Of a stretch of DNA of 64,000 nt, positions 9,105 to 18,024 are shown in pieces. Positions within the stretch are counted from its first letter, which is position 1. Every line of letters starts with the position of its first letter. The DNA is taken from the NCBI GenBank assembly GCA_035719105.1, contig DASTGN010000004.1:741252-805251 (forward strand), in the 5' to 3' direction. This DNA is from Bacteroidales bacterium (GTDB lineage Bacteria > Bacteroidota > Bacteroidia > Bacteroidales > UBA1402). The notes beneath the pieces are model-generated. The model worked only from the letters and a program-made list of their open reading frames with translations, did not search any database and was not told the origin of the DNA. Both the position numbers and the translations under genes were made by a program.

Positions 9105-9112
9105 TACATTTG
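9105..9112 (+). promoter_or_regulatory. Bacteroidetes -7 promoter box
   Basis: TACATTTG; 21 nt gap to the ATG at 9134. Confidence 0.5.
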
Positions 9113-9133
9113 CAATAAAATAACATAAAATAT

Positions 9134-10138
9134 ATGTGGAAGGATTTTTTCAATTTCAGCAAAAGGGAGCGATTCACCATCGTTGTGCTAACTTTCATGA
9201 TTATTCTGGTGCAAGTCCTGATTTGGACCAAAGGTTATTGGGTTAAATTTCTCCCGGAAAAGTTGGAGAAAAAGTACCTACAAAGTCGGGAGACGGAGGC
9301 ATTACGCGATTCCATAACGTCTAAAAAACCAACCTACCAGCGCTTCGATTCCAAAAAAACGTCTGAGGTTGCCCAAAAACTCGTTCCATTCAATCCCAAT
9401 ACGGCGGATTCGTTGACTTTGAGGGGTCTAGGCCTCCGAGCGTATGTGGTGAAGAATATGCTTAACTATCGTCGAAAAGGAGGTCAATTTAAAAAACCAT
9501 CGGATCTTTCAAAAATATACGGCATGGAAGCGGATGTCTTCGCTAATCTGGAACACTTGATCAACTTTGAAACCCCAGGAGGTAGACCCTTGACATCCGA
9601 ACAGAAATTCGAACAACAAAAATCGATCGATGTCAATCCAAATACGGTCAACATGCCGGTCCATCCAGCTAGAGAGGTTATAGAAGGGCAAGTGGAATCG
9701 CCTACCGCTCATCAAACGGAACAAAGGCTGGGTGAACCTCCTGTTCTGGAAGTCAATTCCGCTGACACGACCCTGCTCCAACATATCAAAGGAGTCGGCA
9801 CCTATACTGCCAATCAGATTGCTCGCTATCGGAATCAACTTGGTGGCTTCTATTCCAAATCGCAACTCTCAGAGATTAAAGGGCTTTATCCTGAAACCCT
9901 GGTTAGGCTTCAGTCCATGTTGAATATCGACCCAACACGCATCCAAACTCTGAGTGTTAATAAAGCATCGCTGGAGAAGCTCCGCGCACATCCCTATCTG
10001 TCTTTTTACCAAGCCAAAGTCATTGTCGAGCTTCGCAAATCACGTGGCAAACTGATTTCAATGGACGAGCTCAAACCTTTCAAAGAATTCACAACTCAGG
10101 ACCTGGAACGCTTGAAGTGGTACCTTGATTTTAGGTAA
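9134..10138 (+). CDS. membrane-anchored helix-hairpin-helix (ComEA-like) DNA-binding protein
   Basis: 334 aa. N-terminal TM segment; three HhH-like units (NTADSLTLRGLGLRAY, NSADTTLLQHIKGVGTYTA, NKASLEKLRAHPYLSFYQA). Confidence 0.7.
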   Translation: MWKDFFNFSKRERFTIVVLTFMIILVQVLIWTKGYWVKFLPEKLEKKYLQSRETEALRDSITSKKPTYQRFDSKKTSEVAQKLVPFNPNTADSLTLRGLGLRAYVVKNMLNYRRKGGQFKKPSDLSKIYGMEADVFANLEHLINFETPGGRPLTSEQKFEQQKSIDVNPNTVNMPVHPAREVIEGQVESPTAHQTEQRLGEPPVLEVNSADTTLLQHIKGVGTYTANQIARYRNQLGGFYSKSQLSEIKGLYPETLVRLQSMLNIDPTRIQTLSVNKASLEKLRAHPYLSFYQAKVIVELRKSRGKLISMDELKPFKEFTTQDLERLKWYLDFR

Positions 10139-10145
10139 TTTTCAG

Positions 10146-10153
10146 TACCTTTG
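10146..10153 (+). promoter_or_regulatory. Bacteroidetes -7 promoter box
   Basis: TACCTTTG; 18 nt gap to the ATG at 10172. It overlaps the track's TTG start at 10151, which is therefore unlikely. Confidence 0.5.
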
Positions 10154-10171
10154 ATTCCTTATATAAGCGCT

Positions 10172-11314
10172 ATGACATTCTCTTCCTTAGGTTTATCTCC
10201 CGAATTAACAGAGGCCTTGGCCAATCTGAAGTACAATAAACCGTACCCCATTCAGCAACAGGCCATTCCTGCCATTCTGAATGGAAAAGATGTGTTGGGA
10301 ATCGCCCAGACCGGATCGGGTAAAACCGCCAGTTACGTGTTGCCCATCTTGATGAACTTGCAGGATGTCACCACCCATAAGAACAGATATGTCAACGTGT
10401 TGGTGTTGGTGCCGACGCGCGAACTGGCACAACAGGTTAGCGGTGTCTTTTACATGTTGGGCAAAGACCTTCCGACGCGAATTAAAACCATGGCTGTTTA
10501 CGGTGGTGTTTCCATCAACCCGCAGATGATGGGCATGAACGGGGTCAATGTACTTGTTGCCACGCCAGGCCGTTTACTCGAGCTGACTGAATCGAATGCC
10601 GTTCACCTTTCCGACATCGATACGTTGGTATTGGACGAAGCCGATAAAATGTTGAACCTGGGTTTTAAGGACGAGGTGGAAAGGATTTTGGCCTTGTTGC
10701 CTAAAAAACGGCAGAACCTGTTGTTTTCGGCAACTTTGAACGACGACATTTCTGCCATCGATCAGATGGTTCTACACAATCCATTGGTAATCAATATTGA
10801 ACCAGAAAAAGATTACATCGACTTGATTGACCAACTTGGCTATTTCGTAGTCGAAGAAAGTAAAGGTCCGCTACTTCGTTACATCATCAAGAGTCAAAAC
10901 CTGCAACAAGTACTGGTTTTTGCTTCCTCTACTTTTAGAGCAGACAGCATTGCCGATAAACTCCGAAAAAACGGGATCAACGCTTCTGCCATTCACAGTA
11001 AAAAAAGTCAAGGTGCACGCAACGAAGCACTTAACAAATTCAAGGAAGGTAAAATTCGCGTTTTGGTAGCCACCGATCTTATTTCTCGTGGCATTGACAT
11101 TCAATTCCTGCCATACGTCATCAACTACGAATTGCCACGCTCCCCAAAAGACTACCTCCATCGCATTGGCAGAACCGGACGTGCCGAGAACCCTGGAACA
11201 GCCATTTCATTAGTTTCTACAGACGAGCAGCACCACTTCAAGATCATCCAGAAAAAGATGGGCAAGCCCGTCACGATGATCGATGGTGATGGAATCAATC
11301 TAAAGGGTTTTTAA
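10172..11314 (+). CDS. DEAD-box ATP-dependent RNA helicase
   Basis: Q-motif PYPIQQQ, AQTGSGKT, DEAD, SAT, HRIGRTGRA. Confidence 0.95.
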   Translation: MTFSSLGLSPELTEALANLKYNKPYPIQQQAIPAILNGKDVLGIAQTGSGKTASYVLPILMNLQDVTTHKNRYVNVLVLVPTRELAQQVSGVFYMLGKDLPTRIKTMAVYGGVSINPQMMGMNGVNVLVATPGRLLELTESNAVHLSDIDTLVLDEADKMLNLGFKDEVERILALLPKKRQNLLFSATLNDDISAIDQMVLHNPLVINIEPEKDYIDLIDQLGYFVVEESKGPLLRYIIKSQNLQQVLVFASSTFRADSIADKLRKNGINASAIHSKKSQGARNEALNKFKEGKIRVLVATDLISRGIDIQFLPYVINYELPRSPKDYLHRIGRTGRAENPGTAISLVSTDEQHHFKIIQKKMGKPVTMIDGDGINLKGF

Positions 11315-11326
11315 TCAGGCATAAAA

Positions 11327-11352
11327 AAGCCCTGAAATTTCTTTCAGAGCTC
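11327..11352. terminator. hairpin terminator between the helicase gene and rpmE
   Basis: aagc-c-ctgaaa / tttcag-a-gctt stem. Confidence 0.45.
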
Positions 11353-11377
11353 TTCCTTATACTTTTAGAAACCCAGC

Positions 11378-11632
11378 TTATTTCTTGCTGCGATCTCCGT
11401 AACGGTTCATGAACTTGTCTACGCGACCGGCTGTATCGACCAGTTTGGACTTACCGGTGTAGAATGGGTGCGAGGAGGAGGAAATTTCCAACTTCACAAC
11501 CGGATAGGTTTCGCCTTCGAATTCAATCGTTTCTTTGGTGTTGATGCAAGAACGCGAAATGAATGTATCGCCGTTGGACATGTCCTTAAATACTACCGGA
11601 CGATAGCTTTCGGGATGCAAATCTTTTTTCAT
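11378..11632 (-). CDS. rpmE: 50S ribosomal protein L31, type B (no CxxC zinc motif)
   Basis: [17 protein letters not shown]...HPFYTGK. The track ORF is over-extended; the ATG at 11632 gives 84 aa. Confidence 0.93.
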   Translation of the reverse strand: MKKDLHPESYRPVVFKDMSNGDTFISRSCINTKETIEFEGETYPVVKLEISSSSHPFYTGKSKLVDTAGRVDKFMNRYGDRSKK

Positions 11633-11684
11633 AACTGTATGTCGTTTTTTGTTTGTACGAAGCGGTAAAATTCGTAATGGCCTG

Positions 11685-11692
11685 CAAAAGTA
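11685..11692 (-). promoter_or_regulatory. Bacteroidetes -7 promoter box
   Basis: TACTTTTG on the minus strand; 52 nt gap to the rpmE ATG. Confidence 0.45.
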
Positions 11693-11774
11693 GATATTTT
11701 CCGTGAAACACAAAACAAAACCCAAATAAATCTTCAAAAAAGTTCGAATCCTATGATTTTTCAGCTAAAATGAC

Positions 11775-11782
11775 TAATTTTG
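11775..11782 (+). promoter_or_regulatory. Bacteroidetes -7 promoter box
   Basis: TAATTTTG; 50 nt gap to the fba ATG. Confidence 0.45.
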
Positions 11783-11832
11783 CCCCGCATTAAAGCACGA
11801 ATTAGTCTATTCAAATATAAAAAATAGGTAAT

Positions 11833-12828
11833 ATGGTAAGTTACAAAGAGTTAGGTCTTGTAAACTCCAAGGAGTTGTTCAAGAAAGCGATTGAAGGCAA
11901 ATATGCCATCGCGGCGTTTAATTTCAACAACCTGGAACAGATGCAAGCCATCGTTCAAGCTGCTGTTGAAGCCAAGTCCCCTGTTATTCTGCAAGTTTCC
12001 AGCGGTGCTCGAAAATATGCCAATTCCACCTTGCTGCGTTATATGGCTCAGGGAGCAGTGGAATACGCCAAAGAACTTGGATTGGAAAAACCTCAGATAG
12101 TATTGCACCTTGACCACGGTGATACCTTTGAACTTTGCAAAGATTGCATCGACAGTGGTTTCTCATCCGTGATGATCGACGGTTCACACCATTCTTATGA
12201 AGACAACATCGCTCTCACCAAGAAAGTAGTTGAATACGCTCACCAACACGATGTGACGGTTGAAGGCGAACTCGGCGTTTTGGCCGGTGTGGAAGATGAA
12301 GTTTCTGCTGAACACCATACATACACTCGTCCCGAAGAAGTCGTTGACTTCGTAACCCGCACTGGTGTCGATTCACTGGCTATCTCTATTGGTACTTCAC
12401 ACGGTGCCAACAAATTCACACCGGAACAATGCACCCGCAATGCCGATGGTATTTTGATTCCACCGCCCTTGCGTTTCGACATTCTCGAAGAAATCGAAAA
12501 GCAAATCCCCGGATTCCCCATCGTTTTGCACGGTTCTTCTTCCGTTCCCCAAGACCTGATCGCCATCATTAATAAATATGGTGGTCAAATGAAAGATTCT
12601 ATCGGAATTCCTGAAGAACAGCTCCGACATGCAGCAACTTCAGCTGTTTGCAAGATCAACATCGACTCCGATGGACGTATTGCCATGACGGCTGCTATTC
12701 GCGAGTTCATGGCACTGGAACCCTCCAAGTTTGACCCCCGTCAGTATTTGGCTCCGGCTCGTGAATCACTCAAGAAACTATACATCCACAAGCTGGTCAA
12801 TGTGTTGGGCAGCGCTGGAAAACTATAA
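11833..12828 (+). CDS. fba: class II fructose-1,6-bisphosphate aldolase
   Basis: 331 aa. FNFNNLEQ, LHLDHG, HGSSSVP motifs. Confidence 0.93.
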   Translation: MVSYKELGLVNSKELFKKAIEGKYAIAAFNFNNLEQMQAIVQAAVEAKSPVILQVSSGARKYANSTLLRYMAQGAVEYAKELGLEKPQIVLHLDHGDTFELCKDCIDSGFSSVMIDGSHHSYEDNIALTKKVVEYAHQHDVTVEGELGVLAGVEDEVSAEHHTYTRPEEVVDFVTRTGVDSLAISIGTSHGANKFTPEQCTRNADGILIPPPLRFDILEEIEKQIPGFPIVLHGSSSVPQDLIAIINKYGGQMKDSIGIPEEQLRHAATSAVCKINIDSDGRIAMTAAIREFMALEPSKFDPRQYLAPARESLKKLYIHKLVNVLGSAGKL

Positions 12829-12840
12829 GACACTCAAAGT

Positions 12841-12880
12841 AAACAGACTGTATTCGAAATAAGAATACAGTCTGTTTTTG
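12841..12880 (+). terminator. rho-independent terminator of fba
   Basis: Perfect 15-bp stem aaacagactgtattc / gaatacagtctgttt followed by Ts. Confidence 0.85.
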
Positions 12881-13055
12881 CTTTAGCCAAATCGTTGACA
12901 CCCAAGTGGTCAACTCGTTTCCGTGGCCTTCGGAAACAGCCATAAACAAATAGAATGCTCCGGCGTACAGAATTTTTTTTCTGCACGAGGGATCTGTTTG
13001 TTTATCAAGCGCCCGATTATGAATTTTAAATGATTACTAAATAAATTTCAACTGT

Positions 13056-13406
13056 ATGGATAACGCCTATTTTTTGGTGGTGTTGCTGACCGGACTGGTG
13101 CTCGTCATCAGTGGACTCGGAGTAGCGCTGCTAATTTCGCCCAAGTCCAACAACCCGCAGAAACGGGAAGCATACGAGTCAGGGATTCCTACCCGTGGTA
13201 CTTCCTGGATGCAGTTTAAAGTTGGTTACTATCTGTATGCCATTCTGTATCTGATGTTTGATGTGGAAACTGTCTTTCTGTTCCCATGGGCAACCGTTGT
13301 CCGGGAATTGGGTATGGCCGGTTTGGTAAGTATCATATTCTTTTTGGTTATTTTGGTTCTGGGTCTTGCTTATGCCTGGAAGAAAGGAGCTTTGGAATGG
13401 AAGTAA
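13056..13406 (+). CDS. nuoA: NADH-quinone oxidoreductase subunit A
   Basis: 116 aa, three TM segments, YESGI...FDVE motifs. Confidence 0.93.
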   Translation: MDNAYFLVVLLTGLVLVISGLGVALLISPKSNNPQKREAYESGIPTRGTSWMQFKVGYYLYAILYLMFDVETVFLFPWATVVRELGMAGLVSIIFFLVILVLGLAYAWKKGALEWK

Positions 13407-13969
13407 AAAATATAAAGATCAAAGGTATTCCGAACTCAGAGTTCAAAGAAAACGAATACCTCGACCAGTATCTGGCTGAACTTCGTGAAAACGGAGTCAA
13501 CGTAGCTGTAGGTGTATTGGATGACATCATCAATTGGGGTCGTTCCAATTCACTTTGGCCGTTGACGTTCGCCACGAGTTGCTGCGGTATCGAATTCATG
13601 TCTGTGGGTGCTGCCCGTTACGACTTCGCTCGTTTTGGTTTTGAAGTTACCCGTAACAGTCCCCGTCAAGCAGATGTGGTGATTGTGGCAGGTACCATTG
13701 TCAATAAAATGGCTCCCATCCTGAAACGCTTGTACGATCAGATGGCTGAACCCAAATACGTTATCGCCATGGGCAGCTGCGCCATCTCAGGTGGTCCTTT
13801 CTGCAATTCCTACCATGTAGTGAACGGTGTTGACAAAATCATTCCGGTGGATGTTTTCATTCCTGGTTGCCCTCCGCGTCCCGAAGCGTTGCTTTACGGC
13901 ATGATGCAGTTGCAACGTAAGGTGAAACTCGAACGTTTCCTGTTAAATTCCAAACCGAAAACTAAGTAA
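13397..13969 (+). CDS. nuoB: NADH-quinone oxidoreductase subunit B
   Basis: The ATG at 13397 overlaps the nuoA end by 10 nt. CCGIEF...[10 protein letters not shown]...PGCPP cluster-N2 ligands. The track start at 13286 lies inside nuoA. Confidence 0.93.
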   Translation: MEVKNIKIKGIPNSEFKENEYLDQYLAELRENGVNVAVGVLDDIINWGRSNSLWPLTFATSCCGIEFMSVGAARYDFARFGFEVTRNSPRQADVVIVAGTIVNKMAPILKRLYDQMAEPKYVIAMGSCAISGGPFCNSYHVVNGVDKIIPVDVFIPGCPPRPEALLYGMMQLQRKVKLERFLLNSKPKTK

Positions 13970-13976
13970 TCAACTG

Positions 13977-15590
13977 ATGGAAACAATCAAAGATATCGTT
14001 CTGGCAAAAGTTCCTGCTGCCTTGATCGAAGAAAAACAATTCCTAACCATCACCGTTAATCCGGAAGATCTTCGCGGCTTGGCCAAAGCGGTACGCGCCG
14101 AAGGGTACGATTTCCTGATTCACCTGACTGGAGTGGATTATGGTGATTCACTTGGTGTAGTTTACCTTGTTGGCAAGTCTGTCGACATGAACACGGCCCT
14201 AGTCTTGAAAACGGCTACGGGAGATCGCGAAAAGCCTTTTCTTCCAACTGTTTCTGATATTTGGGGTTCTGCCGAATTGAATGAACGCGAAGTATACGGT
14301 TTCTTCGGCATCGTATTTATCGATCATCCCGACATGCGTCATATTTTCCTGACCGAACGTTGGAAGGGTTTTCCATTTCGTAAAGATTACGACAATACGC
14401 CGAATGAATTGGATGTCAAGAGTTACGACATGCCGGAATACAGTTCCCGTTGGGTTCAAGGCACGAATGGTCCTGAAGAGCGTCGCTACTTGACCTTTGA
14501 GGAAGATGACTACGTATTGAACATTGGCCCGCAACACCCTGCCACACACGGGGTTCTGCATTTCCGCACTGCTTTGGACGGAGAAATCATCAAGAAAATT
14601 GATGTCAATTGCGGCTACATCCATCGTGGTATCGAAAAACTCAGCGAAGATTTGACCTATCCGCAGATCTTGCATTTCACCGACCGTCTTGACTATTTGT
14701 CCTCACACATCAACCGTCACGGTTTGTGCATGTGTGTGGAAAAAGCAGCGGGAATCGAAGTGCCTGAACGTGCTCAATACATCCGTACCATTATGGATGA
14801 GCTGACCCGTATAGCATCACACTTGCTGTCTTGGGCTTGCATGTGCATGGATATGGGTGCGCTGACCGCCTTTATTTATGGAATGCGCGATAGAGAAAAA
14901 ATTCTCGATATTTTCGAAGGTACTTGCGGTGGACGTCTCATTACCAATTACAACGTGATTGGTGGTGTAATGGCCGACATTGCTCCAAGTTTCCAAGATG
15001 ATGTCAAAGCGTTCATCAAATTGATGCGCAAAAACCTTAAGGAATATCATACCCTCTATACCGGAAACATCATCGCCCGTCAACGCATGATCGGAGTCGG
15101 TCCGTTATCCAACGAAATGGCTGTTTCTTACTCAGTGACTGGTCCAGTTGGCCGCGGTTCAGGTTTCCATTGCGACCTTCGTAAAATTGCGCCTTACGCA
15201 GCTTATGATAAAGTTGAATTCAAGGAAATCATTCGTACGGAAGGAGACTCCATGGCTCGTTATTTGAATCGTCTGGATGAAATTGTAGAATCATTAAGCA
15301 TCATCGAACAGTTGATCGATCGCATTCCTGAAGGTGAATTCTGTGCCAAGACGAAAGCCATCATCAAACTGCCTGAAGGTGAGTATTACCAACGTGTGGA
15401 AGCTGCCCGCGGTGAATTTGGCGTCTACATTCTGAGCAAGGGTGACAAGACTCCTTATCGTCTGAAATTCCGTTCACCGTCCATGACGCTTGTTTCGATC
15501 ATGGATAAGGTTTGTCATGGTGGAAAGATTTCTGATTTGGTGACCATTGGTGGTTCCATGGACTATGTGATTCCGGACATTGATAGATAA
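13977..15590 (+). CDS. nuoCD: fused NADH-quinone oxidoreductase subunits C and D
   Basis: 537 aa. NuoC-like N-terminal part, then NuoD (NIGPQHPATHGVL...). Confidence 0.93.
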   Translation: METIKDIVLAKVPAALIEEKQFLTITVNPEDLRGLAKAVRAEGYDFLIHLTGVDYGDSLGVVYLVGKSVDMNTALVLKTATGDREKPFLPTVSDIWGSAELNEREVYGFFGIVFIDHPDMRHIFLTERWKGFPFRKDYDNTPNELDVKSYDMPEYSSRWVQGTNGPEERRYLTFEEDDYVLNIGPQHPATHGVLHFRTALDGEIIKKIDVNCGYIHRGIEKLSEDLTYPQILHFTDRLDYLSSHINRHGLCMCVEKAAGIEVPERAQYIRTIMDELTRIASHLLSWACMCMDMGALTAFIYGMRDREKILDIFEGTCGGRLITNYNVIGGVMADIAPSFQDDVKAFIKLMRKNLKEYHTLYTGNIIARQRMIGVGPLSNEMAVSYSVTGPVGRGSGFHCDLRKIAPYAAYDKVEFKEIIRTEGDSMARYLNRLDEIVESLSIIEQLIDRIPEGEFCAKTKAIIKLPEGEYYQRVEAARGEFGVYILSKGDKTPYRLKFRSPSMTLVSIMDKVCHGGKISDLVTIGGSMDYVIPDIDR

Positions 15591-15612
15591 TTATATTTAA
15601 AAATTAAATAGT

Positions 15613-16689
15613 ATGTTTGATTTTTCGACGGTAACCGTTTGGTTCGACCAGCTTCTTCGAGGCGCAATGCCCGAATTTTGGGCGCTGACCATCGAATTTG
15701 TACTGGTTGGGGTCCTTTTATTGGCCTTATACGCTGTACTTGCGTTGATCTTGATTTACTTTGAACGTAAAATCTGTGCTGCCTTCCAATGCCGCCTCGG
15801 TCCTAACCGTGTTGGTAAATGGGGTGTCTTCCAGAGTATTGCAGACATGGTTAAGATTTTGATCAAAGAAATCATTCCAATCAACCACACCGATAAATTC
15901 TTGTTCTATTTGGCACCGTTCTTTGTGATTGCTGCCTCGTTCATGACTTTCGGTGCAATTCCTTTCGGTAAAGGTTTGCAAACGTTTGATTTCAACATAG
16001 GTATCTTCTACCTGTTGGCTGTTTCCTCACTGGGTGTCATCGGCATCCTGTTGGCAGGTTGGTCATCCAACAACAAATATTCCATGATCGGTGCCATGCG
16101 TAGCGGTGCCCAGCTAATCAGTTACGAACTTTCAGCAGGTTTGTCCATGTTGACGGTTGTCGTTTTGGCCGGTACCATGCAGCTTTCCACCATCATCGAA
16201 AACCAGGCCAACTGCTGGTATCTGTTCCAAGGACACATTTCCACCGTCATCGCTTTCATTGTCTATTTGATTGCTGGTCACGCTGAAACCAACCGTGGAC
16301 CTTTCGACTTGCCTGAAGCTGAATCGGAACTGACAGCCGGTTATCATACAGAATATTCCGGCATACAATTCGGTTTCTATTACTTGGCCGAATACCTGAA
16401 CATGTTTGTCATAGCTGCCATTGCCACCACGGTGTTCTTAGGTGGTTGGATGCCTTTCCACATTACCGGATTGGACGGTTTCAACACCATCATGGATTAC
16501 ATCCCTTCACCCATTTGGTTTTTTGCCAAGGCTTTCCTGTTGATGTTTGTCAGTCTTTGGGTTCGCTGGACTTTTCCACGTCTTCGTATCGACCAACTGT
16601 TGAACCTCGAATGGAAATACCTTTTGCCCATCAATATGGTGAATCTGATGCTGATGGTCATTTTGGTACTTTTCGGTTGGATTTTATAA
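15613..16689 (+). CDS. nuoH: NADH-quinone oxidoreductase subunit H
   Basis: 358 aa polytopic protein; [18 protein letters not shown] and [11 protein letters not shown] motifs. Confidence 0.95.
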   Translation: MFDFSTVTVWFDQLLRGAMPEFWALTIEFVLVGVLLLALYAVLALILIYFERKICAAFQCRLGPNRVGKWGVFQSIADMVKILIKEIIPINHTDKFLFYLAPFFVIAASFMTFGAIPFGKGLQTFDFNIGIFYLLAVSSLGVIGILLAGWSSNNKYSMIGAMRSGAQLISYELSAGLSMLTVVVLAGTMQLSTIIENQANCWYLFQGHISTVIAFIVYLIAGHAETNRGPFDLPEAESELTAGYHTEYSGIQFGFYYLAEYLNMFVIAAIATTVFLGGWMPFHITGLDGFNTIMDYIPSPIWFFAKAFLLMFVSLWVRWTFPRLRIDQLLNLEWKYLLPINMVNLMLMVILVLFGWIL

Positions 16690-16710
16690 CCTATTAGAAA
16701 GAAGCTTCGT

Positions 16711-17190
16711 ATGAATTCAATATTCAACTATGTGTCCGGAATCTTCAAGGGAATCTATTCCCTCGGTTCAGGCATGGTCGTCACTATTAAAGAGTTCTTC
16801 ACTAAAAAGGTGACGGAACAGTATCCCGAAAATCGGGCAACGTTGCACATCTCCGACCGTTTTCGCGGAGAGTTGGTGATGCCGCACGACGAAAACAACG
16901 AGCACGCATGTACTGCTTGTGGCATTTGCCAGATGAACTGCCCGAATGGCACCATTCAAGTCATTTCCAAAATGGTTGAACCAACCGAAGAAGGTGGTAA
17001 GCCTAAGAAAGCACTGGACACCTATATATATGACTTGGGCATGTGCACTTTTTGCAACCTATGTGTCATTACTTGTCCGTCGGATGCCATCAAATTTGAG
17101 AATACCTTCGAAAACTCCTTGTATACCCGTTCGAAACTCGTTAAGAAGCTGAACAAGGAAGGATCCAAAATGAGAGAAAAAATTAAATAA
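16711..17190 (+). CDS. nuoI: NADH-quinone oxidoreductase subunit I
   Basis: Two 4Fe-4S motifs: CTACGICQMNCP and CTFCNLCVITCP. Confidence 0.93.
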   Translation: MNSIFNYVSGIFKGIYSLGSGMVVTIKEFFTKKVTEQYPENRATLHISDRFRGELVMPHDENNEHACTACGICQMNCPNGTIQVISKMVEPTEEGGKPKKALDTYIYDLGMCTFCNLCVITCPSDAIKFENTFENSLYTRSKLVKKLNKEGSKMREKIK

Positions 17191-17193
17191 GCT

Positions 17194-17697
17194 ATGGGAG
17201 AACAGATAATATTTTCCGTTTTGGCGATTTTGATCGTCGCCTTTTCGATCCTCTCGGTCACTTCGAGAAGAATTCTGCGTGCCGCTACGTACTTGCTTTT
17301 CGTCCTTATCGCCACTGGGGGCTTGTATCTGATGATGGGTTACCAGTTCCTGGCCGCTGTGCAGATTTCGGTCTATGCAGGTGGTATCATGGTCTTGTAT
17401 ATTTTTTCCATCCTGTTGACCAGTCATGCTGGCGATAAAGCAGAGATGGTTTCCTGGAAGAGGCATTTGCCCGCTGCAGGAGTTGCAACGGTTGGTCTTG
17501 CCTTATGCGCGCACATTATTTATTACAACGTGAAACGGATTGCTTCCCTTGATATTTTCAATGCACCGACCATGAAAGAAATTGGTACCAATCTGATGGG
17601 AACAAGTAAAAATCAGTATGTGCTTCCTTTCGAAGCCATTTCGATTTTATTGCTCGCTTGTATCGTAGGAGCCATCTTGATTGCCAGAAAACGCTAA
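17194..17697 (+). CDS. nuoJ: NADH-quinone oxidoreductase subunit J
   Basis: 167 aa membrane protein in the conserved operon position. Confidence 0.88.
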   Translation: MGEQIIFSVLAILIVAFSILSVTSRRILRAATYLLFVLIATGGLYLMMGYQFLAAVQISVYAGGIMVLYIFSILLTSHAGDKAEMVSWKRHLPAAGVATVGLALCAHIIYYNVKRIASLDIFNAPTMKEIGTNLMGTSKNQYVLPFEAISILLLACIVGAILIARKR

Positions 17698-17709
17698 AAA
17701 ATCAGAATT

Positions 17710-18024
17710 ATGACTACTATACCTTTAGAAGCTTACTTAGTCATCAGCACGCTGATGTTTTTTACAGGAGTGTATGGCTTTCTGGCTCGCCGGAACATGC
17801 TGACAATTCTCATGTCGCTTGAATTGATGCTGAACGCTGCAGACATCAACTTTGCAGCCTTCAACCGATATCTGTACCCCGGACAACAGGACGGGATGTT
17901 TTTCACGCTTTTCGCCATCGGAATTGCTGCTGCCGAAACTGCTGTTGCGATTGCCATTATCATTAATATTTACCGTAACCTAAAGAACATTAGTGTCGAT
18001 GAGGTTAATAAAATGAAGTTCTGA
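17710..18024 (+). CDS. nuoK: NADH-quinone oxidoreductase subunit K
   Basis: 104 aa, three TM segments, LELMLNA motif. Confidence 0.92.
   Translation: MTTIPLEAYLVISTLMFFTGVYGFLARRNMLTILMSLELMLNAADINFAAFNRYLYPGQQDGMFFTLFAIGIAAAETAVAIAIIINIYRNLKNISVDEVNKMKF

Noticed and set aside
11742-11751. GTTCGAATCC, identical to a tRNA T-loop consensus.
   Set aside because: The flanking bases (aaaag / cctat) cannot form a T-stem, and no acceptor, D or anticodon arms can be drawn. I found no tRNA in the window.
13286-13396. The long N-terminal extension of nuoB in the track (start 13286). Analogous extensions occur for csp (5095), rpmE (11737), DUF59 (29628), ddl (33381), the anti-sigma candidate (49141), hflX (51179) and the GH2 genes (59376/59344).
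   Set aside because: The extensions overlap upstream genes or promoter boxes, are not family-like, and internal ATG/GTG codons give canonical N-termini or signal peptides.
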